Shown one piece after another: positions 1 to 8,301 of a DNA stretch of 64,000 nt; the stretch's first letter is position 1, and the number at the start of each line of letters is the position of its first letter. The notes beneath the pieces were generated by a model. The model saw nothing but the letters and a program-made list of their open reading frames with translations, searched no databases and was not told the origin of the DNA. The stretch is taken from NCBI GenBank assembly GCA_963837045.1, contig CAWIMA010000009.1:1267-65266 (forward strand), in the 5' to 3' direction. Both the position numbers and the translations under genes were made by a program. Source of the stretch: an uncultured Gammaproteobacteria bacterium (GTDB taxonomy: Bacteria; Pseudomonadota; Gammaproteobacteria; Steroidobacterales; Steroidobacteraceae).

Positions 1-160
1 CCAGATCCCTACCGGTTTCGGTATCGAAGTCGAGCTGAGGATCAGTGTGCCGGACTTACCGCGCGAGCAGGTCGAAGCCCTGGTGCAGAAAGCCCACATT
101 GTCTGCCCGTACTCCAATGCAACCCGCGGCAACATCGATGTGAAGTTAGTGGTGGCGTAA
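1..160 (+). CDS. OsmC/Ohr-family peroxiredoxin, C-terminal 52 aa (5' end outside window)
   Basis: Frame 2 reads [52 protein letters not shown]-stop. The AH..CPYS.A.RGNI block is the conserved OsmC C-terminus. It is missing from the ORF track only because no start lies in the window. Confidence 0.75.
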   Translation, partial: QIPTGFGIEVELRISVPDLPREQVEALVQKAHIVCPYSNATRGNIDVKLVVA

Positions 161-216
161 GCGCACACCCGCAGCGACCCGTATCTGATGGGATAATCGG
201 ATCGGCCAGGGGGTGA

Positions 217-470
217 GCTTGCGCGCACCGCGCTCAAGTAGCTGAGGACAATCAAGACACTCTTATTGGCCCCGGCGATATGACGGCCCAGGCTCGCCAG
301 GTGTTTGCCAATATCGGGGCTCGCGCTCGCTGCGGCTGGCGCTTCGGACCGCAGCGGACGTCGGTGAAGGTGGGAGTGGGGAGTTTTCTGCGGATCACTC
401 TCACGTCCGGGGAAGGACGGATTTGCGCGCGAGAATGCCTGAATCTCTTGATTTGCGATGACCCGTGACC
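217..470 (+). pseudogene. Decayed RidA/YjgF-family fragment
   Basis: The frame of ORF 280..468, extended upstream, reads EDNQDTLIGPGDMTAQARQVFANIGA, which fits the RidA 'G.l..gD...Q..Q...Ni' block. The expected continuation (LALAAAGAS, then VKVGV) appears only by hopping frames. The N-terminal third is absent. Confidence 0.3.
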
Positions 471-766
471 TGCGTACTGCCTATTGCACCCAGATTCTCA
501 GTTCTCAGCTATGAAATCGCAGCGTCGGAATCAGCCCTCGCATCAACTATAGTAGGGTGCCCAATGCCGCTGATACGGAGGCATTGCGAACAGCCAAGGC
601 CAATCTTGAATCCTCAAACCGGGCGATCAGGGCTGGACTTGACTCCCTGAAAGCGATGTTGAAAAAGCTCAGCGACACCGGCCTGCCAGAGTGGTTGGTT
701 GGACTTAGCTCGCGTCTGCGGAGCGAAATTGTGAAACGCAACTCCCCAACCTGCAGCGCATGCCGC

Positions 767-1510
767 TCACTCATTAAGTGATTGACCGTAGACCAGCGGA
801 AACTCAGGGGCGTCAAATGGCGCCCCGTCCTCAAGCGTCAGATGCGGAAATGGCGGCGATCCCGATGCACCACGCCGCACGAAGCGCGCATCGGAACCGA
901 CCCACCGGGATGAAAAGACACGTCGAGTGACGGGCGACGCATTGGCCGGTGCGCCGTGAATGGTGCGAAAGTCGAATGCGATCGCGTCTCCGGGTGCCAT
1001 GTCCCAGCCACGGATTACGAGCTGATCGCGCTGCGCGTCAATGTCCGGGACGTCCTCGAATTGCTCGTCCGCATAGAGTGGGCTACCGTCGAAGCGCCTC
1101 GGCCGGTAGCCTGCGGTATTCCAGCGATGCGACCCGGCGACACATTCGAGACTGACACTGCGCGAGACAGCGTCTAGAGGCGTCCAAAAGCTAACGGTGC
1201 GATCACCTTCCACGCAGTAATAAGGCTGATCTTGATGCCACGGTGTCACGGTACTGTTACCAGGGCGCTTGACGAGTATATGGTCGTGGAAAAACCGCGA
1301 GGTGGGCGATCCCATCAAGCGAGCGGCGACTTCAGCCGCAGGCGATTCAAAGACAAATGCGCGAAAGTCAGGGACGCGCTGCCAATTGCAGAGGTCCTGG
1401 AAAAACGGCGCCGATCCATCCTTTGGCTGGTATGAGCGCTCCAGTGGGCTGGGATGCGCCATTACCTGCGCCACGCCTTGAGACAGCGGTTCGACCCAGT
1501 CTCGGAACAC
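767..1510 (-). CDS. Phytanoyl-CoA dioxygenase (PhyH) family Fe(II)/2-oxoglutarate oxygenase; N-terminus apparently frameshifted
   Basis: 247-aa ORF with PhyH-like blocks (HDHILVKRPG..TPWHQDQPYY; RTIHGAP). The GTG at 1510 sits just after an in-frame TAA. The natural N-terminus (MNISDSTVTDFQTEGVVL) lies in another frame at 1522-1575. Confidence 0.8.
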   Translation of the reverse strand: MFRDWVEPLSQGVAQVMAHPSPLERSYQPKDGSAPFFQDLCNWQRVPDFRAFVFESPAAEVAARLMGSPTSRFFHDHILVKRPGNSTVTPWHQDQPYYCVEGDRTVSFWTPLDAVSRSVSLECVAGSHRWNTAGYRPRRFDGSPLYADEQFEDVPDIDAQRDQLVIRGWDMAPGDAIAFDFRTIHGAPANASPVTRRVFSSRWVGSDARFVRRGASGSPPFPHLTLEDGAPFDAPEFPLVYGQSLNE

Positions 1511-1620
1511 ACCGCGCAGTTAGCACGACCCCTTCCGTCTGGAAGTCTGTGACCGTCGAATCAGAAATGTTCATTTGTCCTCCAGGTATCGGGCGTGCCG
1601 TTCGATCCAATGCCTGAGTC

Positions 1621-2378
1621 TCACGACCCTTGCGTTCTTATTAGCCTAGGGTAATGGTCCCTCCGCATGGTTGCCTTGCAGATTTCGCGCACCCAGAATC
1701 GCTTGCCGCGCCCGGTCACTACTTCCAGGTCCAGGTCATAAGGTGTCCCGCGCGTCATTGTGGCCGTGAACGCCTCTTTGACGATGCGGCGGCTGGCTTC
1801 TGTGTAGGTCATGTACGACTGCTCAATTGAGGTGGTATGGGCGGAGGCGGGAAGCTCCATGATTCGACACAGCTCGGGAGTCCTCACGAGGAGCCCGGCC
1901 TTCACATCAATTCGCCATGCACCGATTCGTCCGACGCGCTCCGCTTCGTGCAACAAGCAGGTCGTTGTCTCGAGCGCTTCTAGCGTCGCCCTTTCATCAG
2001 TTGCGTCTCGCAAGAAGCGCACACGCATGCCCGGCGCGACGTTCGGAACGTCGCGGACCACAATGTCGACCAGCGATTTATCCCGCCGCCCCATCGCGAG
2101 AAAGGTCCCCGTCGCGTATGCCGGATCGACCGCCGCGGCGCCCGCGCAGGGAACCCATGGTGTCGCACCTTAGCGAGATCTCGCATCCGCTTGCCGATCA
2201 TGGTTGCCAGGGGTAGCTTGAATAGCCGAGACGCCTGTACGTTTGCCTCAATGATTCGGTGCGAGCGATTTAGCAGAATCATCCCATCGAACGAGTTCTC
2301 GAACAGAGCCCGGACGACGGCGTGGATCGGAGGAGTTTCGGTTGGCAAGACCTGCCGCTTTCGTTTGCTGATTACCAC
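1621..2378 (-). pseudogene. Tandem-PAS-domain protein split by a frameshift
   Basis: ORF 1980..2378 starts a PAS fold (ALFENSFDGMILLNRSHRIIEANVQASRLF). After about 2170 the sensible continuation (..VDIVVRDVPNVAPGMRVRFLRDATDE, then a second PAS: RIGAWRIDVKAGLLVRTPELCRIMEL...GRGKRFWVREI) is in the frame of ORF 1621..2094. Confidence 0.6.
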
Positions 2379-2503
2379 GATTTCCTTGCACGAACTAGAT
2401 TGTGATAGAAACGTACCAGTGAGGTCCGCGAGGCGAGTGTATTCACGGTTTGATCGAAACCGGAGCCTCTGACACCTGGTGTCTGAGTCGGGCTTCCTCT
2501 CGC

Positions 2504-2767
2504 CTAACCAACATTGAAGCGGCGGCGTGCCTCTCGATGCAGTGGCCGCAGGTGCTGCAAGACGACCTCGCGCTGGTCGGTTCCATAGTTCAACACTAGG
2601 TCCTCAGACCAGTTGCAGCCGTCGGGTGAGGGCTCTTGGATCTCATATTGAATGATGACCGTCGCGTGCTCGCACCCGGGAAATGCTTGAAGCCTGTCAG
2701 TGATCCAGTCACTGATTTGCTTTGGCGTCTTCAATTCGCGCAAAGGCACTCCTTGGATGCGCGCCAT
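2504..2767 (-). CDS. Hypothetical 87-aa protein, 9 nt downstream of RHH regulator 1
   Basis: Intact ORF with a non-repetitive composition, co-oriented and tightly spaced with the RHH gene. No family recognised. Confidence 0.4.
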   Translation of the reverse strand: MARIQGVPLRELKTPKQISDWITDRLQAFPGCEHATVIIQYEIQEPSPDGCNWSEDLVLNYGTDQREVVLQHLRPLHREARRRFNVG

Positions 2768-2776
2768 CCAGCCAGT

Positions 2777-3016
2777 TCAGCTCCGAGTGCTTCGACGCTT
2801 AGTGCCGCCACGCCCCACCGGATTCTCCTCACCGGGAGTCCAAGGGCGCCCGAGGCGCGTCTCGATATATCCACGAATCATGCGTCGTACCACCTGTGAA
2901 GGGGTGAGGTCCTCCTGAGCACATAGCCGTTCGAACACTGCTTTCTTGCGCGGATCGATCAGGGTCGTAAGCCGCGCTGTGCGCTCTTCGAGATGAACAA
3001 CCTTGGGGAATTTCAT
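2777..3016 (-). CDS. Ribbon-helix-helix (CopG/MetJ-like) transcriptional regulator, copy 1
   Basis: 79 aa: RLTTLIDPRKKAVFERLCAQEDLTPSQVVRRMIRGYIE gives a beta-strand plus two helices, with a basic tail. Divergent from Ehr cluster 1. Close paralog at 13211..13441. Confidence 0.8.
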   Translation of the reverse strand: MKFPKVVHLEERTARLTTLIDPRKKAVFERLCAQEDLTPSQVVRRMIRGYIETRLGRPWTPGEENPVGRGGTKRRSTRS

Positions 3017-3033
3017 TTACATGCGAATTACAT
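3017..3033. promoter_or_regulatory. Direct repeat TTACAT-N5-TTACAT (11-bp register) in the RHH1/Ehr1 divergent promoter region
   Basis: TTACAT occurs at 3017-3022 and 3028-3033, immediately upstream of the RHH1 start, inside an AT-rich patch. One-helical-turn spacing is typical of RHH operators. This is a candidate only. Confidence 0.25.
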
Positions 3034-3205
3034 CGTAGGATAATAAAAGAATAATCCGAGTGGAATCATTGCGCAACATTCTCGCATCGTGGTCCGTCGG
3101 CGGGGTGCCTTGCGACAGCTCGGATCTGATCGACGGATCACAATGCGGCCCTTGCTAGGGCCGCTGCGGGAAAAGCGAAATGAGCCATCCGGTGTACGAT
3201 CGGTG

Positions 3206-5236
3206 ATGTCGCTCGCGAGCCCTGCGTGCTTGAGTCAATTAGCCGCCGGCGGCATTGCACTATTGCTCGTCCTCGCGGCGTGCGGAATCCTCGCTGCACG
3301 CCGTCCGCTTGGAGTGCGGCTGACCTACGCCGCTTGCATGCTAATCTCGTCCGGGCTCGCAGGCGTGGCGCTCATCGCGCTGCTCGCACCGCATTCTCGG
3401 CTCGAATCCATCGAAATTCCGCTCGGACTGCCGCTAAGTCGAACGCTTCTGGGCTTCGATCCACTGAGCGCCGCGTTCGCCGTCATCATCAACTTGGCGA
3501 CCGCAATCGTCAGCGGGTACGCCATCGGCTATGGCGCGCATGCCCACGAGCCGCAGCGGGTCGTGCCGTTTTACCCGGCGTTCATCGCCGGCATGAATCT
3601 AGTGCTGCTCGCCCAAGATGCGTTTTCATTTCTCATCGGCTGGGAATTCATGTCACTCGCCTCTTGGGCGCTCGTGGTCAGCGACCACCATTCCAGTGAA
3701 AACCGACGCGCTGCGCTCCTCTATCTCATCATGGCGACGGGGGGAGCTCTGACGCTGCTGCTGGCGTTCGGGTTGCTCGCTGGCCCCGAAGGCGGATACG
3801 CGTTCGAGACGATCCGACGCTCGAGCGCTTCGGGCGTGGGGGCGATCGTTCTCGTCCTCGCGCTGGTGGGGGCCGGCTCCAAAGCAGGTCTCGTGCCGCT
3901 ACATGCCTGGCTGCCGCTCGCGCACCCGGCCGCGCCGAGTCACGTTTCGGCATTGATGAGTGGGGTCATGACGAAAGTGGCAGTCTACGGCTTTGTGCGG
4001 CTGGTCTTCGACCTCGCGGGGCCTCCCGCGTGGTGGTGGAGCGTTCCGGTGCTGGTCATTGCCGGCATCACGGCACTCCTGGGTGTTCTGTATGCGTTGA
4101 TGGAACACGATTTGAAGCGCCTGCTCGCGTACCACACGGTCGAGAACATCGGCATCATCTTTATCGGTCTGGGACTTGCGCTCGCGTTCGAGGCGACGGG
4201 ACTGCGCGTGGCGGCGGCCCTTGCACTCACGGCAGCAATTTTCCACGTGTTCAATCATTCCCTATTCAAGAGTCTGCTGTTCATGGGTTCCGGCGCGGTA
4301 CTGAATGCCACCGGTGAGCGGGATATGGAACACCTCGGAGGCTTGATTCACCGCATGCCGGTCACCGCACTGGCGTTCCTCGCCGGATGCATCGCCATCT
4401 CCGCGCTGCCACCCTTCAACGGGTTCGTCTCCGAGTGGCTCACGTTTCAGGCCATTCTTGTCAGTCCGCAACTGCCGCAGTGGGTTCCGCGACTCCTGGT
4501 GCCGGCCATCGGTGCAATGCTTGCGTGCTCGGCGGCCCTCGCGGCGGCGTGCTTCGTCAAAGCCTTCGGGATGACGTTTCTGGGCCGGCCACGCTCTGAT
4601 GCTGCAACGAGCGCGCGCGAGACGGATTATTGGTCGCTAAGCGCCATGCTCGCGCTGGCGGCGCTGTGTCTGCTCGCGGGGATTCTGCCGGGCTTCGTGA
4701 TCGACGCGCTAGACCCCCTGACACAGATGCTTGTCGGTGCACGGCTCGCGCCGCAGGCCACACAGCCCTGGTTGCGGATTGTGCCCATCGACCCGTCACG
4801 CAGTGCATACAACGGCGCCCTCGTTTTCGTCATGATCTTGATCGCAGCAGCCGCCACGGCGTTTGCGGTGCGCCGGTTTGCCTCGCATACGCTTCGACGC
4901 TCTCCAGCGTGGGACTGCGGCTTCCCGGACGCGAGCCCCGCGACCCAATATACGGCCGGGAGCTTCGCACAGCCCATCCGGCGTGTGTTTGGAAGCGTCG
5001 TGTTTCGCGCACGGGAGCATGTCGTGATGCCGGCGCCCGGGGATACGTCCGTGGCCAGACTGCGCGTCGATTTGCACGATACGATCTGGGAAGCGCTCTA
5101 TCTACCCGTGATTCGTGCGGTCAACGCAATCGCCGATCGCCTGAACCAGGTGCAGTTCCTCACGATTCGAACCTATCTGACGCTCGTGTTCGCGGCACTG
5201 GTCCTGCTGCTGATTGTCGTCGGAGCGTGGCGATGA
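3206..5236 (+). CDS. Ehr cluster 1: HyfB/NuoL-like antiporter-type membrane subunit
   Basis: Polytopic protein with NuoL/HyfB blocks (WEFMSLASWALV, GSKAGLVPLHAWLPLAHPAAPSHVSALMSGVMTKVA, RLLAYHTVENIGII). Start chosen at ATG 3206 (MSLASPA...); ATG 3143 or GTG 3089 are also possible. Confidence 0.9.
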   Translation: MSLASPACLSQLAAGGIALLLVLAACGILAARRPLGVRLTYAACMLISSGLAGVALIALLAPHSRLESIEIPLGLPLSRTLLGFDPLSAAFAVIINLATAIVSGYAIGYGAHAHEPQRVVPFYPAFIAGMNLVLLAQDAFSFLIGWEFMSLASWALVVSDHHSSENRRAALLYLIMATGGALTLLLAFGLLAGPEGGYAFETIRRSSASGVGAIVLVLALVGAGSKAGLVPLHAWLPLAHPAAPSHVSALMSGVMTKVAVYGFVRLVFDLAGPPAWWWSVPVLVIAGITALLGVLYALMEHDLKRLLAYHTVENIGIIFIGLGLALAFEATGLRVAAALALTAAIFHVFNHSLFKSLLFMGSGAVLNATGERDMEHLGGLIHRMPVTALAFLAGCIAISALPPFNGFVSEWLTFQAILVSPQLPQWVPRLLVPAIGAMLACSAALAAACFVKAFGMTFLGRPRSDAATSARETDYWSLSAMLALAALCLLAGILPGFVIDALDPLTQMLVGARLAPQATQPWLRIVPIDPSRSAYNGALVFVMILIAAAATAFAVRRFASHTLRRSPAWDCGFPDASPATQYTAGSFAQPIRRVFGSVVFRAREHVVMPAPGDTSVARLRVDLHDTIWEALYLPVIRAVNAIADRLNQVQFLTIRTYLTLVFAALVLLLIVVGAWR

Positions 5237-6186
5237 TGCTCACCTGGCTCACACAGCTAGCGCAGGCCGCCCTCGTGCTCACTCTCGCGCCGCTCTTGTC
5301 CGGTGTGACGCGCAAGATCAGAGCGCGCCTCCTGCGCCGACAGGGTCCGTCCATCGTTCAGCCATATCGGGATCTCGCAAAACTGATCCGCAAAGAGGCC
5401 GTCGTCGCCGAGAATGCATCATGGCTGTTTCGTGTCGCCCCCTATGTGGTATTTGCGACGACGTGGGTCGCCGCCGCGTTGGTCCCCACATTTGCAACGG
5501 GGCTTACGTTGAGTGCGTCCGCAGATCTCATCGTGATCGTCGCCCTGCTCGGCACCGCTCGTTTCCTGCTCGCGCTCGCGGGACTGGATGTCGGCACGAG
5601 TTTTGGCGGAATCGGCTCGAGCCGCGAAATGATGTTCGCCTCGCTCGCGGAGCCGGCCATGCTGATGGCGGTTTTCACGCTCTCGCTATTTGCAGGCTCG
5701 ACCGAGCTCTCCTCCATCTCAGCCTACATGCTGGGGCCTAATGCCGGTCTCAGCATCTCACTCGCACTCGCATTCGTGGCGCTCGTCATCGTTTCGCTCG
5801 GAGAAAACGCCCGCATTCCCGTCGACAACCCGGCGACGCATCTCGAGCTGACCATGGTGCACGAGGCCATGATTCTCGAATACTCCGGCCGGCACCTCGC
5901 GGTGATCGAATTCGCTGCCTCGCTGAAGCTTTTGCTGTACCTGTCGTTGATCGCGTGTGTGTTCATCCCGTGGGGAACAACGCTTGCCGGCGATGGCGCC
6001 CTTGCCTACACCATCGCGCTCGGCGCCTATGCGACCAAGCTGACGGTGTTGGCATTCTTTCTGGTTCTCTTCGAGACCGCCATCGCCAAGATGCGCGTGT
6101 TTCGTGTACCAGATTTCCTTGGCGTAGCGCTCATGCTGGGGCTCCTCGGCACCATTATGTTGTTCGTATCCCGGGTGCGCGGATGA
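5233..6186 (+). CDS. Ehr cluster 1: HyfC/HycD/NuoH-like membrane subunit
   Basis: MMLTWLTQLAQAAL...RKIRARLLRRQGPSIVQPYRDLAKL.. and ENARIPVDNPATHLELTMVHEAMILEYSG are NuoH/HycD signatures. ATGA overlap with the upstream stop. The track ORF 4630..6186 was trimmed. Confidence 0.9.
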   Translation: MMLTWLTQLAQAALVLTLAPLLSGVTRKIRARLLRRQGPSIVQPYRDLAKLIRKEAVVAENASWLFRVAPYVVFATTWVAAALVPTFATGLTLSASADLIVIVALLGTARFLLALAGLDVGTSFGGIGSSREMMFASLAEPAMLMAVFTLSLFAGSTELSSISAYMLGPNAGLSISLALAFVALVIVSLGENARIPVDNPATHLELTMVHEAMILEYSGRHLAVIEFAASLKLLLYLSLIACVFIPWGTTLAGDGALAYTIALGAYATKLTVLAFFLVLFETAIAKMRVFRVPDFLGVALMLGLLGTIMLFVSRVRG

Positions 6187-6845
6187 CTACTCTCGACAGC
6201 GATATTGCCCATCTGCTCGCGGGTTCCCTGGTGCTCGTGAGCTTCCTGCTGCTGTATCAGGATCGCATGTTCGCATTACTCAATGTCTTTGCACTCCATG
6301 CGATCGTCCTGGCGCTATCCGTCGCCTGGCAGGCGCATATGCAACACGCGCCGCATCTCTTTATTACGGCGCTGATTGCCTTGCTGTTCAAAGGCGTGAT
6401 GATCCCGGCCGCGCTGCATCGAATCGTCGTACGGCTGCGAATTCACCGCACCATCGAAACCGTAGTGAGCATTGGCCCTACGATGCTATTCGGGATGGGT
6501 CTCGTTGCGCTTTCGGTCGTTGTCATGCTGCCGCTGACACAAGCCGCCGGCGCGTTTGTGAGGGAGGACCTCGCCTTCGCACTGTCAGTCCTGCTCCTCG
6601 GATTCTTGATGATGGTTACGCGCCGCAATGCCGTGAGCCAAGTCATCGGATTCATGTCGCTTGAGAATGGTCTCGTGCTCGCCGCGACCGGCGCCCGCGG
6701 CATGCCATTGGTTGTGGAGATCAGCGTCGGATTCTCCGTGCTCATCGCCTTCCTCGTCATCGGCATTTTCCTGTTCCGAATCCGGGAACGATTCGACACG
6801 GTCGAACTGCAGGCGCTCGACATGTCGCGGGGCGAATCGGAGTGA
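6183..6845 (+). CDS. Ehr cluster 1: HyfE/HycP-like small membrane subunit
   Basis: 220 aa, multi-TM, with the VIGFMSLENGLVLAA motif typical of HyfE-type subunits. ATGA overlap with the upstream gene. Confidence 0.8.
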   Translation: MTTLDSDIAHLLAGSLVLVSFLLLYQDRMFALLNVFALHAIVLALSVAWQAHMQHAPHLFITALIALLFKGVMIPAALHRIVVRLRIHRTIETVVSIGPTMLFGMGLVALSVVVMLPLTQAAGAFVREDLAFALSVLLLGFLMMVTRRNAVSQVIGFMSLENGLVLAATGARGMPLVVEISVGFSVLIAFLVIGIFLFRIRERFDTVELQALDMSRGESE

Positions 6846-8293
6846 CCGTGTCCGTCGGAACGCTGGCGCTCGCAGGACTCCTCGGCACCCCTGCGATTGG
6901 CGCGGTCTTGCTTGCGGCTATTCCGACCTACCGGGTCGCGGCCGTCCTCAACATGATTCTGTGCGCGATTACGCTCGCAAGCGCGGCGCTTCTGTACTCG
7001 CACCGCCCGGAGCCCTCGCTTTATTTGCTCGTCGATGACCTCAATACGGTTTTCCTCATCATCGGTACGCTGGTAGGCTTCACCACGAGCCTGTTCAGTG
7101 CAGGCTACATCGCGCACGAGCTGCAATCGCGCAAGCTCAGATCGCGGGATCTGCGCTTCTATCACGCCCTGTACCAGTTCCTCATGTTCGCGATGGATCT
7201 CGCGCTGGTGTCGAACAACATCGGGCTCATGTGGGTGGCGATCGAGCTCGCGACACTCACGACGGTCGTGATGGTGGGCATCTACCGCACCAACGCGGCG
7301 CTCGAAGCATCATGGAAATATTTCATCCTGGGCTCGGTCGGCATTGGCCTCGCGCTGTTTGGCACGATCTTGGTCTACCTCGCCGCTCAGGAACGTCTGG
7401 GCGAGGGCATGCTGGCCATGGCCTGGGACCGACTCGCGGCCCACTCAGCGGGCTTTGATCCGGCGCTGCTCAACCTGTCGTTTATATTTCTGTTGCTCGG
7501 CTACGGCACCAAGGTCGGCCTTGTGCCGGTGCATGCCTGGCTGCCGGATGCCCACGCGGAGGGCCCGACGCCGATCTCTGCCGTGCTGTCGGGCTTGTTA
7601 CTCAATGTGGCGCTGTTCGCGCTGTTGCGATTCAGGCTGATCATGGCGGGAAACCCGGCGGTCCTCTCCCCCGGCCCGATGATGGTCACGATGGGCGCAC
7701 TCTCGCTGGTCTTCGCGGGCTTCATGATCTACCGCAGGCGTGACATCAAGCGCATGTTTGCATACTCCTCGATCGAGCACATGGGGATCATCACCTTAGC
7801 ATTCGGACTCGGAGGACCACTCGCAAATTTCGCCGGGCTCCTACACATGGCCATGCACAGCCTCACGAAATCGGCCATCTTCTTTGGCGTGGGATACATC
7901 TCCCAGCTGGAGGGGACGCAGCGCATCGCGGACATCCGGGGGCTGACGCAGAGCGAGCCGCTCCTCGGATGGTTGCTGGTCGTCGGGGCCGTCGCGATTG
8001 CGGGGCTCCCACCCTTCGGGATCTTCACGAGTGAGTTTCTGCTTATAACCTCGACCTTTGCCCGCTCGCCATGGCTCGCCATTCTGTTGGTTCTAGGCCT
8101 CATGATTGCCTTCAGCGCGCTCGCACTGCGCCTGCACGGCCTCGCTTTCGGAGAGACGGCCAAGCGCCATGCGCTGCCAGCCTGGCGTCTCGCACCCATG
8201 GCCCTGCACTTGGGCTTGGTCGCAATCGCCGGCATCTATCTGCCGGTGGCCGTTGTCGCATGGTTTCGTCACGTGGCCACACAGCTCGGGTAG
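6842..8293 (+). CDS. Ehr cluster 1: HyfF/HycQ/NuoN-like antiporter-type membrane subunit
   Basis: 483 aa: GYGTKVGLVPVHAWLPDAHAEGPTPISAVLSG, MFAYSSIEHMGII. GTG start overlapping the upstream stop. Confidence 0.9.
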   Translation: MTVSVGTLALAGLLGTPAIGAVLLAAIPTYRVAAVLNMILCAITLASAALLYSHRPEPSLYLLVDDLNTVFLIIGTLVGFTTSLFSAGYIAHELQSRKLRSRDLRFYHALYQFLMFAMDLALVSNNIGLMWVAIELATLTTVVMVGIYRTNAALEASWKYFILGSVGIGLALFGTILVYLAAQERLGEGMLAMAWDRLAAHSAGFDPALLNLSFIFLLLGYGTKVGLVPVHAWLPDAHAEGPTPISAVLSGLLLNVALFALLRFRLIMAGNPAVLSPGPMMVTMGALSLVFAGFMIYRRRDIKRMFAYSSIEHMGIITLAFGLGGPLANFAGLLHMAMHSLTKSAIFFGVGYISQLEGTQRIADIRGLTQSEPLLGWLLVVGAVAIAGLPPFGIFTSEFLLITSTFARSPWLAILLVLGLMIAFSALALRLHGLAFGETAKRHALPAWRLAPMALHLGLVAIAGIYLPVAVVAWFRHVATQLG

Positions 8294-8301
8294 GCGCTCT
8301 A

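Noticed and set aside
557-781. 74-aa plus-strand ORF (MPNAADTEALRTAKANLESSNRAIRAGLDSLKAMLKKLSD...) in the OsmC-PhyH gap.
   Set aside because: It has a plausible coiled-coil composition but no recognisable family or obvious RBS. Its end overlaps the PhyH 3' end, and it lies in a region full of decayed fragments. Evidence is too weak to call.
4630-6186. Long N-terminal extensions of track ORFs: 4630..6186, 5955..6845, 8071..9813, 13273..15516, 15435..16463, 16193..17173, 21324..22490, 33989..35497, 41391..42206, 56141..56962, 61571..62080 and 25259..26524.
   Set aside because: The extensions overlap the preceding gene in another frame and are compositionally abnormal. Internal ATG/GTG starts give the family-typical N-termini and stop/start coupling, so the genes were trimmed.
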